A stretch of DNA of 64,000 bases from Pristiophorus japonicus (GCF_044704955.1 NC_091989.1:186992001-187056000), one strand, 5' to 3'; positions 1-11,830 are shown, counted from the stretch's first letter. The notes: a model not told the origin generated them from the letters alone. A program made the numbers and translations.

Positions 1-188
1 CTCCCTCAGGGAGATATCTGTGCACTGACTGGTGACTCTCAGTCCCGCTCCCTCAGGGAGATATCTGTGCACTGACTGGTGTCTCTCAGTCCCACTCCCT
101 CAGGGTGATATCTGTACACTGACTGGTGTCTGTCAGTACCTCTTCCTCAGTGAGATATCTGGACACTGACTGGTGTCTCTCAGTCCCT
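1..188. repeat. 47-bp tandem repeat, ~4 copies, truncated by the window start
   Basis: CTCCCTCAGGGAGATATCTGTGCACTGACTGGTG... recurs at 1, 48, ~95 and ~142. Confidence 0.85.
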
Positions 189-314
189 CTTTTTAACATT
201 CAAAAAAATAAACTAAAGTAAAGTGTCCCTGGACCTTGACTGCGGAACTGATACTTGCTGGGGACCTGCTGTATAAATAAATCAGGGAATTGAAATGTGT
301 GCTGGGGGCGAGGA

Positions 315-403
315 GAGGAAGCTGAGCCTGTGGTTTGAGTGGGTGTGCCTCTGTTGGAACCTCACTCACTCACTCACTCACTCACCCCAGTTCCCTATTT
401 AAA
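315..403 (+). promoter_or_regulatory. Putative VH promoter
   Basis: TATTTAAA at 396-403, ~85 nt upstream of the leader ATG; GAGGAA (Ets-like) at 315-320; TGTGGTTT (Runx-like) at 329-336; no octamer seen. Confidence 0.45.
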
Positions 404-487
404 CAGCACTGACTGGGTCCCCACACCAAGGCGCCCTGAAGCTGCTGATTTGTGGCGTGTGTCTGTCTGTCTGCACACACAGGGGTA

Positions 488-533
488 ATGGCGAGTGCTG
501 CTTGTCTCGGTGTCCTTCTGGCCTGTGTGATGG
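488..533 (+). CDS. IgW: IgW VH leader exon (MASAACLGVLLACVM-G)
   Basis: ATG at 488, hydrophobic signal peptide, phase-1 donor G|GTGAGT; 108-nt intron ending TCTCTCTTCTGTTCACAG. Confidence 0.93.
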
Positions 534-641
534 GTGAGTTATTGTGCACCCAGTGCTGCCTGGCTTGTCCGGGAGGCTGTGTGAGCCCGTGTTGTTCCCT
601 ATATTAAAGTGCACCCTTCTCACTCTCTCTTCTGTTCACAG

Positions 642-935
642 GCGTGCGGTCCGCTATCGAGCTGAGACAGTCTGCTGCTGCCGTGAAACGGCCCGGGGAG
701 TCTCACAAACTGTCCTGTACAATCAGTGGCGACAGCAGCTACTACCTGAGCTGGGTTAAACAGGCCCCCGGGCAAGGGCTGGAGTGGCTGGCGCGTGTCG
801 ATTATGATGATGACAAGTTTTACTCACCTGGACATCGAGACCGATTGACCGTGTCCAAGTCCGGCAACACCGCGTACCTGGAAATCCGCAAACTGACAGC
901 CGGCGACACCGCCATCTATTACTGTGCGGATGGCA
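642..935 (+). CDS. IgW: VH gene segment (IgW-type)
   Basis: GVRSAIELRQ...KRPGESHKLSC...WVKQAPGQGLEWL...DTAIYYCADG: both canonical Cys, FR2 Trp and GLEW; open frame, followed by an RSS. Confidence 0.96.
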
Positions 936-974
936 CACAGTGAGAGGAAGCAGGGCTGGGCTGGTACAAAAACT
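936..974 (+). other. VH 23-RSS
   Basis: CACAGTG (936-942) + 23 nt + ACAAAAACT (966-974). Confidence 0.96.
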
Positions 975-1301
975 CAGCCGCACTACAGTCAGGGGAATCA
1001 GTGAAAGGGGAAGCACCATGGCTCACCCCCAGCCTCGCCGTGTTGGGATCTGTCCCCCCCCGTGAATGGGAGAGGGCATTAGCTGGGAAGCCCCAGGATC
1101 ATACAGCCCAGAGCCCCCCCCCCCCCACAACCCACTGTCTGCACACCCCACCCACCGTCTGACCCCCGTCCCCACCCATCATCTACCTCCCCCCCCTCCC
1201 GGGAATGGGAGAGGGCATTAGCTGGAAAGCTCCAGGATCATACAGCCCAGAACCCCCCTCAACCCACCATCTGCCCCCCGTCCCCCAACCCACCGTCTGT
1301 G

Positions 1302-1906
1302 GGACGGCCTATGATGAAGATTAGTGGGGAATTCCTGGCTCCGGGGGACGGCCTATGATGAAGATTAGCGGGAGATTCCTGGCTCCGGGGGACGGCCTAT
1401 GATGAGGATTAGCGGGGGATTCCTGGCTCCGGGGGACTGCCTAAGATGAAGATTAGCGGGGGATTCCTGGCTCCGGGGTTTGGCCTATGATGAAGATTAG
1501 CGGGGGATTCCTGGCTCCGGGGGGACTGCCTATGATGAAGATTAGCGGGAGATTCCTGGCTCCGGGGGGACAGCCTATGATGAGGATTAGCGGGGGATTC
1601 CTGGCTCCGGGGTTTGGCCTATGATGAAGATTAGCGGGGTATTCCTGGCTCCGGGGGGATGGCCTATGATGAGGATTAGTGGGGGATTCCTGGCTCCGGG
1701 GGGATGGCCTATGATGAAGATTAGCGGGGTATTCCTGGCTCCGGGTGACAGCCTATGATGAGGATTAGCGGGGGATTCCTGGCTCCGGGGGACATCCTAT
1801 GATGAAGATTAGCGGGGGATTCCTGGCTCCGGGTGACAGCCTATGATGAAGATTAGCGGGGGATTCCTGGCTCCGGGGGGATGGCCTATGATGAGGATTA
1901 GCGGGG
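1302..1906. repeat. ~42-bp minisatellite, ~14 copies
   Basis: Unit GGGACGGCCTATGATGAAGATTAGCGGGGGATTCCTGGCTCC. Confidence 0.9.
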
Positions 1907-2312
1907 AATCCTGGGGTGACCTGAAGCTGGGCCTTGGGACATATCTAAGAATTGATATATTTATTAATTCTCGAGGATGCAGAAGAGCCCGGTCTCCAAT
2001 TATCTTGGGTCCCCTTGTGATGGGACCAAGACCTTGTGATGGGACCAAGACCTTGCTCCGTCAAGTCCATGTGGAAGCTGGTGTGCGACGGCCAGCCCAC
2101 GATAAACGAATTCACGCACAGGCATCTTCCACTCTCGAGAATGAAGTTCGGGATCTGGAACATCAGGACCCTCATGGACAGCCCCAACAGCGATAGACCA
2201 GAACATCCACTGCTATAGTTGCCCAGGAACTCAGACGTTTCATAGACATCGCCGCCCTAACTGAGACCCGGCGGGCAGGGGAAGGCCAGCTCAAGGAACA
2301 AGGTGGAGGTGA

Positions 2313-5300
2313 TGTCATGTATTTCACCATCTTGCAATGACTATAAGTCTGTAACTGTAACTCATGCACACTGTACCTGTACCCTTGTAATGCACACCCT
2401 GACCACAGGGAGTGAGCTCCTCACCTGGGCTTCCAGGTATAAAAGGGGAGGTCCCACCCAGGATCAGCACTCTTTAGTCCTGGGAATAAAGTGAAGGTCA
2501 CAGAGTGACCGTGTCTGATATATACATGCCTCGTGTGAGTTTATAACAAGGTGCAGAGATATTACATCGGGCGACGAGAATCGAGAATCACCGAACCACG
2601 AGGATGGCCACCGGTGGCAAAGAGGAACGTTACTGTGTGGGTGAGGACTGGGACAACTTTGTGGAAAGACTCCAACAGAGCTTTGTCACAAAGGACTGGC
2701 TGGAAGAGACAGTGGCTGACAAGCGGAGGGTGCAGCTACTGACCAGCTGTGGTCCACAGACGTATGCACTGATCAAAGACCTGCTCGCTTCCCAAAAGCC
2801 AGTGGACAAGTTCTTCAAAGAGCTCAGCCAGCTGATCAGTGAGCACCTCAAGCTGCCAAGTAGCGTACACATGGCCCGGCACTGGTTGTACTCTCACTGG
2901 CGTCGGGAGGGTCAAAATATCTCGGACTTCGTGGTGGAACTGCAGCGTTTGGCCAGTCTCTGTAAGTTCTCCGATGCCTGCAGTGGGGAGATGTTAAGGG
3001 ATTGTTTCATCAAGGGCATTAATCAAGACGGCATTTTCAGGAAGCTCATAAAGACTAAGGATTTGACTTTAGAAGGGGCGGAGTTGATAGCTCAGACCTT
3101 TATGGCAGGGGAAGAGGTGACCAAGCTAATCTACGCACACAGCCCTGGTTTTAAAGTTGCGTTGAACCAGGGAATCAATGTAATAAAAATGACAGAACCC
3201 CACAGGCAGGCAAGGGCAATTCGACACCACCCAGGCAAACTGCAAAAATCTGCAGGTTCCAACTTTACACCTGTAGTGATACACATCACTCCGGACGCCA
3301 GACCAGTGCACCACAAAGCTAGAGCGGTGCCGTACGTGATGCATGAAAAAATTGAAAGTGAACTGGACAGGCTGCTCAGAGAGGGCATAATTTCGGCCGT
3401 TGAATTCAGCAACTGGGCAAGTCCCATCGTTCCCATTCTCAAAGCAGATGGCTCGGTTAGGATTTGTGGCGACTACAAAGCCACCATCAAACGAGTGTTG
3501 CTGCAAGACCAATACCCGCTCCCGAGAGCGGAGGACCTTTTTGTCACGCTGGCAGGTGGTAAGCTGTTCACGAAGCTGGACCTCACTCCGGCCGACATGA
3601 CTCAGGAACTGGCTGAAGAATCCAAGCTTCTGACCATCATCACGACACACAAGGGATTATTTGTCTACAACAGGTGTCCCTTTGGCATTCGTTCGACAGC
3701 GGCTATCTTTCAGCGAAACATGGAAAGCTTGCTCAAGTCCATCCCTGGAACGATTGTGTTCCAAGACGACATTCTTATAACGGGTCGAGACACTGAGGAA
3801 CACCTCCTCAACCTGGAGGAGGTGCTACGCCGATTGGAACGGGTAGGCCTGCGGCTGAAAAAGGCCAAGTGTGTGTTTTTAGCCCTAGAGGTCGAGTTTT
3901 TGGGCAGGAGGGTTGCCGTAGATGGGATCCGGCCCACTGAAACAAAAACTGAGGCGATTCGCCGGGTGCCCAGGCCCGGCAACACGTCGGAGTTGCAATC
4001 ATTCCTAGGACTCTTGAACTATTTTGGGAACTTCCTGCTGAACTTAAGCACATTGTTGGAGCTGTTACACATGCCCCTCCATAAAGGTTGTGAATGGTCT
4101 TGGGGGAGATTGTCAAGAACGGGCTTTCAATAAAGCGAGGAACCTGCTGTGTTCCAACAAACTGTTGACTTTGTATGACGCCTGTAAAAAACTGGTTTTA
4201 ACATGCGGCATCCTACGGGGTTGGGTGTGTTTTGCAGCAGAGTAACGATGACGGCCGACTCCAACCGGTGGCTTACGCCTCCAGGTCGCTCTCCCAGGCA
4301 GAGCGTGGATACGGCATGATCGAGAAGGAGGCACTCGCGTGTGTGTACGGTGTGAAAAAGATGCACCAGTGCCTTTTTGGTAGACAGTTCGAGCTAGAGA
4401 CGGACCACAAGCCGTTAACATCCCTGTTGTCCGACACCAAGGCTGTCAACGCTAATGCGTCAGCTCGCATACAGCGATGGGCCCTCACACTGACTGCGTA
4501 TGACTACACCATACGGCACCGGCCAGGCACCGAAAATTGTGCTGACGCGCTCAGCGGGCTCCCACTGGCCACCACCGAAAGGGTGTCGGAGCAGAGCGCC
4601 GAGATGGTCATGGCCATTGAGGCTTTTGACACTGCAGGCTCCCCCATCACAGCCCGCCAGATCAAACTCTGGACCAACAGGGACCCCCTCCTATCCATGA
4701 TAAAGAAATGTGTCCTGACTGGGGATTGGGCGCCCACGCACGGGCGTGTCCCGAGGAGGTCAGACCGTTTCAGAGACGGATGGATGAACTCTCCATCAAG
4801 CCTGTTATGGGGCAGCCGGGTAGTCATGCCCCAGAAAGGAAGGGACAGCGTTCATGAGGGAACTCCACAGCGAGCACCCTGGCATCGTGTTAATGAAGGC
4901 CATTGCCCGGTCGCACGTGTGGTGGCCGGGGATTGACTCAGACCTGGAACACTGGGTTCGCAGGTGCACGACGTGTGCTCAGCTGGGCAATGCCCCCAGG
5001 GAGGCCCCACTCAGCCCTGGCCCACCAGGCCATGGTCACGTATTCACGTAGACTATGCGGGCCCGTTCATGGGGAAAATGTTCCTGATCGTTGTCGATGC
5101 ATACTCGAAGTGGATCGAGTGCATCATATTGAACTCATGCACGACATCCATCACCGTGGAGAGTCTGCATATGGCTTTTGCGACCCACGGCTTGCCAGAC
5201 ATCCTGGTCAGCGATAATGGCCCGTGTTTTACCAGCCATGAGTTCCAGGAGTTTATGTCGGGCAATGGTATCAAACACATCCGGACAGCGCCGTTCAAGC

Positions 5301-6242
5301 CAGCCTCCATTGGCCAGGCGGAACGGGCGGTCCAAATCATAAAGCAGGGCATGCTACGAATCCAAGGACCCTCCCTTCAGTACCGCCTATCGCGCCTCCT
5401 GCTGGCCTACAGGTCCCGGCCGCACTCGCTCATGGGAGTCCCACCAGCGGAACTGCTCATGAAACGCACGCTCAAGACGCGGCTGTCCCTCATTCACCCA
5501 GCCCTGGCAGACATTGTTGAGGGCAAGCACCAGTCCCAAACCGAGCTCCATGATCAAGGCTCAAGGGGAAGGTGTATAGAAATAGATGACCCGGTATTTG
5601 TTATTAACCATGCTTTGTGACCCAAGTGGCTTGAGGGCACCGTAATTGGCAAAGAAGGAAATAGAGTCATGGTGGTCAGACTAAACAATGGGCAAATATG
5701 CCGCAAACACTTGGACCAAGTAAAGACAAGGTTCAGTGCAGACACGGAGGAACTGGAAGAAGAGCATGATGAGATAGCTTCCACACCACTGCCAGCGTAC
5801 GAGCAACAAAGACAGCCCTCAGCATGCACAGTCCCTGCGGCCAGCTGGACAGGCCGGAATCACCTCAAGTGACAGAGACGCGTGCTGAGGCTCAGCCACC
5901 AGAGTCACAACTGCAGTGCTCCACGAGAGAGCGACGACCACCTGACAGACTTAACCTCTGAAACTAAAAGACCTAAGGGGGGAGGTGATGTCATGTATTT
6001 CACCATCTTGCAATGACTATAAGTATGTAACTGTAACTCATGCACACTGTACCTGTACCCTTGTAATGCACACCCTGACCACAGGGAGTGAGCTCCTCAC
6101 CTGGGCTTCCAGGTATAAAAGGGGAGGTCCCACCCAGGATCAGCACTCTTTAGTCCTGGGAATAAAGTGAAGGTCACAGAGTGACCGGGTCTGATATATA
6201 CATGCCTCGTGTGAGTTTGTAACAAGGTGCAGAAACACTACA
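2313..6242 (+). mobile_element. Ty3/Gypsy LTR retrotransposon, internally deleted and frameshifted
   Basis: 254-bp TG...CA LTRs at 2313-2566 and 5989-6242 (about 6 differences seen); PBS-like TCGGGCGACGAG; PPT AAGGGGGGAGG; TSD GTGA/GTTA; domain order gag-RT-RNaseH-integrase. Confidence 0.93.
2604..5620 (+). pseudogene. Gypsy gag-pol remnants
   Basis: RT motifs WASPIV, RICGDYK, FQDDIL (2604-4133); RNase H PVAYASR...ETDHKPL (4232-4936); integrase HVDYAGP, SDNG, AERAV (4964-5620); no protease or Zn knuckle visible; frameshifts. Confidence 0.88.
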
Positions 6243-8032
6243 GTTACACCTTCTTCTGGAAAGGGAAACCAGAAGCAGAACGCCGCCTCCATGGGGTACT
6301 CTGCGCCATAAAAAATGATCAAGTTGGGCATCTCAGAGACTCCCCCTGCAGGATAAACGAACCTTCGGTTCACCCGAGCCCGGAATCAGTGTGCTATGGT
6401 CTTCAGCGCATAGGGCCCAACACTGAAAGCTATAGATAAGACCAAAGAGCAATTCTACTCCAGCCTTGAACAATCCCTGTCCTGAGTCCCAACAGGCGAC
6501 AAGCTGATCCTCCTCAGTGACTTTAATACCAGAGTCGGTAAAGACACAGACCTCTGGGGAGATGTGATCGGCAGAGAGGGGGTCAGGAAACCCACTCCAG
6601 CGGTACCCTGCTCCTGACAAAATGCTTAGAACATGCCCTCGTCATAAACCAACACTTTGTTCCGTCAGAGAAACAAATACAAGTCTTCATGGCAACACCC
6701 TTGTTCCAAGCTCTGGCATCTGCTCAACTACGTCTTCGTCTGAGCGAGGGATCGCAAGGACGTGCACATCACCCACCCCATGCCAGCAGTCGACGACTGC
6801 TGGATGGACCACCGTCTAATCCGCTCAGTCATTTCCATCAATGTAGCCCCAAAACAGCCGCAGCAACAGAAGCAATGCCGCAGGAAAATCAACGCTGGAG
6901 CACTCAAAGATCCTGCTAAGAAAGCTCTATTCAGCCAGTGCCTCACAACCAGCCTGACTACTCCCAGTGACCCAGAGACTCAGAGTGCCCACAGTGCCTG
7001 GTCTGCCTCAAGGCCTCCATAATTAGCACCTGTGAAGAGACGCTCGGTCACTCGACCAGGAAACACCAAGACTGATTCAACGAGAATGGCCAGGAGATCC
7101 AGGAGCTAATAAGCTGCAAGCGCAAGGCATTCTTGAACTGGAAACAGCAACACAACTCGAGGGCAAGAAAGCAGCTCTATAGACGTCTTAAGACCGAGGT
7201 CCAACAGAAAACCCGTGACCTAAAGAACAGATGGTGGGTGGAGAAAGTGCAGGAGATCCAGCAAAGAGCCGACAACCACGACGTGCGAGGATTCTTTAGC
7301 GTAGTCAAGATCACCTACGGCCCAAGCACCCAAGGTCCTACCCCACTGAGGGCTAAGAACAGAGAGGCAGTCAGTGCTCGCTGGAAGGAGCACTTCAAAG
7401 ATCTCCTTAACCGAGACTCTGTCTTCAATGTGAGTGTCCTCAATTCCATCCCACAGCATGCTACCCACCACCATCTCAGCACAAGCCCTGCTCAGTATCT
7501 GACTACTGAAGAACAACAAGGCCTCAGGAGCAGAAGGAATCCCCTCCGAAACACTAAAACACTATTATTGCGAAGCCATGATCTCATTTCTCTTATCCCA
7601 GGGGATCTCAGAGACACTGTAATCGTGACCATCTTCTATAAAGGAGACCAGTATGATTGCGGTAATTACAGAGGAGTTTCCCTGCTGTCGGCCACAGGGA
7701 AGGTCATCGCAAGAATCCTCCTCAATCGCCTTCTACCTGTAGCTGAAGAGCTCCCCCCAGAGACACAATGCGGATTCCGCCCACTAAGGGACACAACGGA
7801 CATGATCTTCACCACGCGGCAGATACAAGAGAAATGCAGGGAGCAGCACCAACCCCCTGTACATGGCCTTCTATGACCAAACAAAGGCCTTCGACTCTGT
7901 CAATCGTGAGGGATTATGGAGTGTCCTCCTCAACGTCAGTGTTCTCGATCAGGCCAACATCCCCAGCATCGAAGCACTGACCACACTCAATCAGCTCCGC
8001 TGAGCAGGCCACATTGTCCGCATGCCCGACAC

Positions 8033-10208
8033 TTAATGGCGAATGATACTTAAGGGGTTGACTGTGGATGGGCAATGGCAGACATTTAGAGACCGCATGG
8101 ATGAACTACAACAATTGTACATTCCTGTCTGGCATAGAAATAAAAAAGGGAAGGTGCCTCAACCGTGGCTATCAAGGGAAATCAGGGATAGTATTAAAGC
8201 CAAGGAAGTGGCATACAAATTGGCCAGAAATAGCAGCGAACCTGGGGACTGGGAGAAATTTAGAACTCAGCAGAGGAGGACAAAGGGTTTGATTAGGGCA
8301 GGGAAAATGGAGTATGAGAAGAAGCTTGCAGGGAACATTAAGACGGATTGCAAAAGTTTCTATAGATATGTAAAGAGAAAAAGGTTAGTAAAGATAAATG
8401 TAGGTCCCCTGCAGTCAGAATCAGGGGAAGTCATAACGGGGAACAAAGAAATGGCGGACCAATTGAACAAGTACTTTGGTTCGGTATTCACGAAGGAGGA
8501 CACGAACAACCTTCCGGTTATAAAAGGGGTCGGGGGGTCTAGTAAGGAGGAGGAACTGAGGGAAATCCTTATTAGCCTGGAAATTGTGTTGGGGAAATTG
8601 ATGGGATTGAAGGCCGATAAATCCCCAGGGCCTGATGGACTGCATCCCAGAGTACTTAAGGAGGTGGCCTTGGAAATAGTGGATGCGTTGACAGTCATTT
8701 TCCAACATTCCATTGACTCTGGATCAGTTCCTATGGAGTGGAGGGTAGCCAATGTAACCCCACTTTTTAAAAAAGGAGGGAGAGAGAAAACAGGGAATTA
8801 TAGACCGGTCAGCCTGACATCGGTAGTGGGTAAAATGATGGAATCAATTATTAAGGATGTCATAGCAGTGCATTTGGAAAGAGGTGACATGATAGGTCCA
8901 AGTCAGCATGGATTTGTGAAAGGGAAATCATGCTTGACAAATCTTCTGGAATTTTTTGAGGATGTTTCCAGTAGAGTGGATAAGGGAGAACCAGTTGATG
9001 TGGTATATTTGGACTTTCAGAAGGCGTTCGACAAAGTCCCACACAAGAGATTGATGTGCAAAGTTAGAGCACATGGGATTGGGGGTAGTGTACTGACATG
9101 GATTGAGAACTGGTTGTCAGACAGGAAGCAAAGAGTAGGAGTAAATGGGTACTTTTCAGAATGGCAGGCAGTGACTAGTGGGGTACCGCAAGGTTCTGTG
9201 CTGGGGCCCCAGCTGTTTACACTGTACATTAATGATTTAGATGAGGGGATTAAATGTAGTATCTCCAAATTTGCGGATGACACTAAGTTGGGTGGCAGTG
9301 TGAGCTGCGAGGAGGATGCTGTGAGGCTGCAGAGCGACTTGGATAGGTTAGGTGAGTGGGCAAATGCATGGCAGATGAAGTATAATGTGGATAAATGTGA
9401 GGTTATCCACTTTGGTGGTAAAAACAGAGAGACAGACTATTATCTGAATGGTGACAGATTAGGAAAAGGGGAGGTGCAAAGAGACCTGGGTGTCATGGTA
9501 CATCAGTCATTGAAGGTTGGCATGCAGGTGCAGCAGGCGGTTAAGAAAGCAAATGGCATGTTGGCCTTCATAGCAAGGGGATTTGAGTACAGGGGCAGGG
9601 AGGTGTTGCTACAGTTGTACAGGGCATTGGTGAGGCCACACCTGGAGTATTGTGTACAGTTTTGGTCTCCTAACCTGAGGAAGGACATTCTTGCTATTGA
9701 GGGAGTGCAGCGAAGGTTCACCAGACTGATTCCCGGGATGGCGGGACTGACCTATCAAGAAAGACTGGATCAACTGGGCTTATATTCACTGGAGTTCAGA
9801 AGAATGAGAGGGGACCTCATAGAAACATTTAAAATTCTGACGGGGTTAGACAGGTTAGATGCAGGAAGAATGTTCCCAATGTTGGGGAAGTCCAGAACCA
9901 GGGGTCACAGTCTCAGGATAAGGGGTAAGCCATTTAGGACCGAGATGCGGAGGAACTTCTTCACCCAGAGAGTGGTGAACCTGTGGAATTCTCTACCACA
10001 GAAAGTTGTTGAGGCCAATTCACTAAATATATTCAAAAAGGAGTTAGATGAGGTCCTTACTGCTAGGGGGATCAAGAGGTATGGCGAGAAAGCAGGAATG
10101 GGGTACTGAAGTTGAATGTTCAGCCATGAACTCATTGAATGGCGGTGCAGGCTAGAAGGGCCGAATGGCCTACTCCTGCACCTATTTTCTATGTTTCTAT
10201 GTTTCTAT
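8033..10208 (+). mobile_element. 5'-truncated CR1 LINE (subfamily A, (TATGTTTC)n tail)
   Basis: TSD GACAC at 8028-8032 and 10209-10213; 8-bp tail repeats; inserted into the RTE. Confidence 0.93.
8043..10109 (+). CDS. CR1 ORF2 reverse transcriptase, open 688 aa, endonuclease domain missing
   Basis: KSPGPDG, NYRPVSLTS, YLDFQKAFD, GVPQGSVLGP, FADD, RPHLEYC, TRGH motifs. Confidence 0.9.
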   Translation: MILKGLTVDGQWQTFRDRMDELQQLYIPVWHRNKKGKVPQPWLSREIRDSIKAKEVAYKLARNSSEPGDWEKFRTQQRRTKGLIRAGKMEYEKKLAGNIKTDCKSFYRYVKRKRLVKINVGPLQSESGEVITGNKEMADQLNKYFGSVFTKEDTNNLPVIKGVGGSSKEEELREILISLEIVLGKLMGLKADKSPGPDGLHPRVLKEVALEIVDALTVIFQHSIDSGSVPMEWRVANVTPLFKKGGREKTGNYRPVSLTSVVGKMMESIIKDVIAVHLERGDMIGPSQHGFVKGKSCLTNLLEFFEDVSSRVDKGEPVDVVYLDFQKAFDKVPHKRLMCKVRAHGIGGSVLTWIENWLSDRKQRVGVNGYFSEWQAVTSGVPQGSVLGPQLFTLYINDLDEGIKCSISKFADDTKLGGSVSCEEDAVRLQSDLDRLGEWANAWQMKYNVDKCEVIHFGGKNRETDYYLNGDRLGKGEVQRDLGVMVHQSLKVGMQVQQAVKKANGMLAFIARGFEYRGREVLLQLYRALVRPHLEYCVQFWSPNLRKDILAIEGVQRRFTRLIPGMAGLTYQERLDQLGLYSLEFRRMRGDLIETFKILTGLDRLDAGRMFPMLGKSRTRGHSLRIRGKPFRTEMRRNFFTQRVVNLWNSLPQKVVEANSLNIFKKELDEVLTARGIKRYGEKAGMGY

Positions 10209-10506
10209 GACACGATAATCCGAAAACAAGTGCTCTACTCGGAACTCCTACACAGCAAGTGAGCCCCAGGTGGACATAGAAAATGCTTTAAGGACACCCT
10301 CAAAGCCTTCTTGAAAAAGTACAACATCCCCACCGACACCTGGGAGTCCCTGGCCAAAGACCACCCAAAGTGGAGGAGATGCATCTGGGAGGACGCTGAG
10401 TACCATGGGTCTCGTCGCCGAGAGCATGTGGAAGCCAAGCGCAGGCAGCGGAAGGAGCGTGCGGCAAACCTGCCCCACCCACCCTTTCCTTCAACCACTG
10501 TCTGTC

Positions 10507-11320
10507 ACAGAAACATAGAAAATAGGTGCAGGAGTAGGCCTTTCGGCCCTTCGAGCCTGCATCACCATTCAATATGATCATGGCTGGTCACGCAACTTCA
10601 GTACCCCATTCCTGCTTTCTCTCCATACCCCTTGATCCCTTTAGCTGTAAGTGCCACATTTAACTCCCTTTTGAATATATCTAATGAACTGACCTCAACA
10701 AATTTCTGTGGTAGAGAATTCCACAGGTTCACAATTCTCTGAGTGAAGAAGTTTCTCCTCATCTCGGTCCTAAATGGCTTACCCCTTATCCTTAGACTGT
10801 GATCCTTGGTTCTGGACTTCCCCAACATCGGGAACATTGTTCCTGCATCTTACCTGTCTAAACCCATCAGAATTTAATATGTTTCTATGAGATCCCCTCT
10901 CATGCTTCTAAATTCCAGTGAATATAAACCGAGTTGATCCAATCTTTCTTCATATGTCAGTCCTGCCATCCTGGGAATCAATCTGGTGAACATTTGCTGA
11001 ACTCCCTCAATAGCAAGAATGTCCTTCCTCAGATTAGGAGACCAAAACTGTACACAATACTCCAGGTGTGGCCTCACCAAGGCCCTGTACAACTGCAGTA
11101 AGACTTCCTGCTCCGATACTCAAATCCTCTCGCTATGAAGGCCAACATGCAATTTGCCTTCTTCACCGCCTGCTGTACCTGCATGCCAAACTTCAATGAC
11201 TGATGTACCATGGCACCCAGGTCTCGTTGCATCTCCCATTTTCCGAATCCATCACCATTCAGATAATAATCTGCCTTCCTGTTTTTGCCACCAAAGTGGA
11301 TAACCTGACATTTATCTACA
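10507..11320 (-). mobile_element. CR1 3' fragment inserted in the RTE
   Basis: Minus-strand RPHLEYCVQFWSP...GYGEKAGMGY; reversed tail at ~10507. Confidence 0.88.
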
Positions 11321-11469
11321 GCTGTGCCCCACCTGTGACAGAGACTGTCATTCCCGTATTGGACTGTTCAGTCACCTGAGAACTCACTGAGAGTGGACGC
11401 AAGCCTTTTGAGGGACTGCCTATGATGATGATGGTGGTGGTAACTGAGTGTCTCACTGGGACCACTTCA

Positions 11470-11735
11470 GAGAGCAGGTAAGGGGCAAGCAATTGGGGGT
11501 GGGACTGGAGTCACCTATAGGCTCGGCTGTGTTCCAGAAGGACCTCAGTGACCAGTTGGGTGTTTACGACCATCCGCCAGCTGCATGGTCACTTTTACTG
11601 AGCCCAGAATTTTTTAGCCTCAGATTTTTAAAATGAAATTGCCAAACTCCCATAGAGGGATTTGAACTCGGGAGTTCCTGGGATTATTGAATCCAGGTCT
11701 TCAGATCACTGGGCCAGTGACAGAACCACCATCGC
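11470..11735 (-). mobile_element. Degraded tRNA-derived SINE
   Basis: GGATTTGAACTC is the reverse complement of a B box (GAGTTCAAATCC). Confidence 0.5.
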
Positions 11736-11830
11736 CAGCGTAAATCAGAGAGCAGGATCACTCACTTGTAGCCGAGCCAGTGCAGTTTCAATGTGAAGTG
11801 ACTGGGGCCAGTGTCAGTGACAGAGGCAGA

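Larger units (their letters stand above)
1980..11433 (+). mobile_element. Degenerate RTE-clade LINE, split by three younger insertions (RTE parts ~1980-2312, 6243-8032, 10209-10506, 11321-11433)
   Basis: APE endonuclease start MKFGIWNIRTLMD..., IAALTETR, GGG|YTFFWKGKP; RT-region CGNYRGVSLLS and PETQCGFR; C-terminal IPTDTWESLAKD; 3' tail GGGACTGCCTATGATGATGATG. Confidence 0.85.

Noticed and set aside
1980-2150. Self-cleaving ribozyme in the RTE 5' region
   Set aside because: HDV-like ribozymes are known in RTE elements, but I could not assemble the nested pseudoknot by eye; needs a covariance-model or motif search
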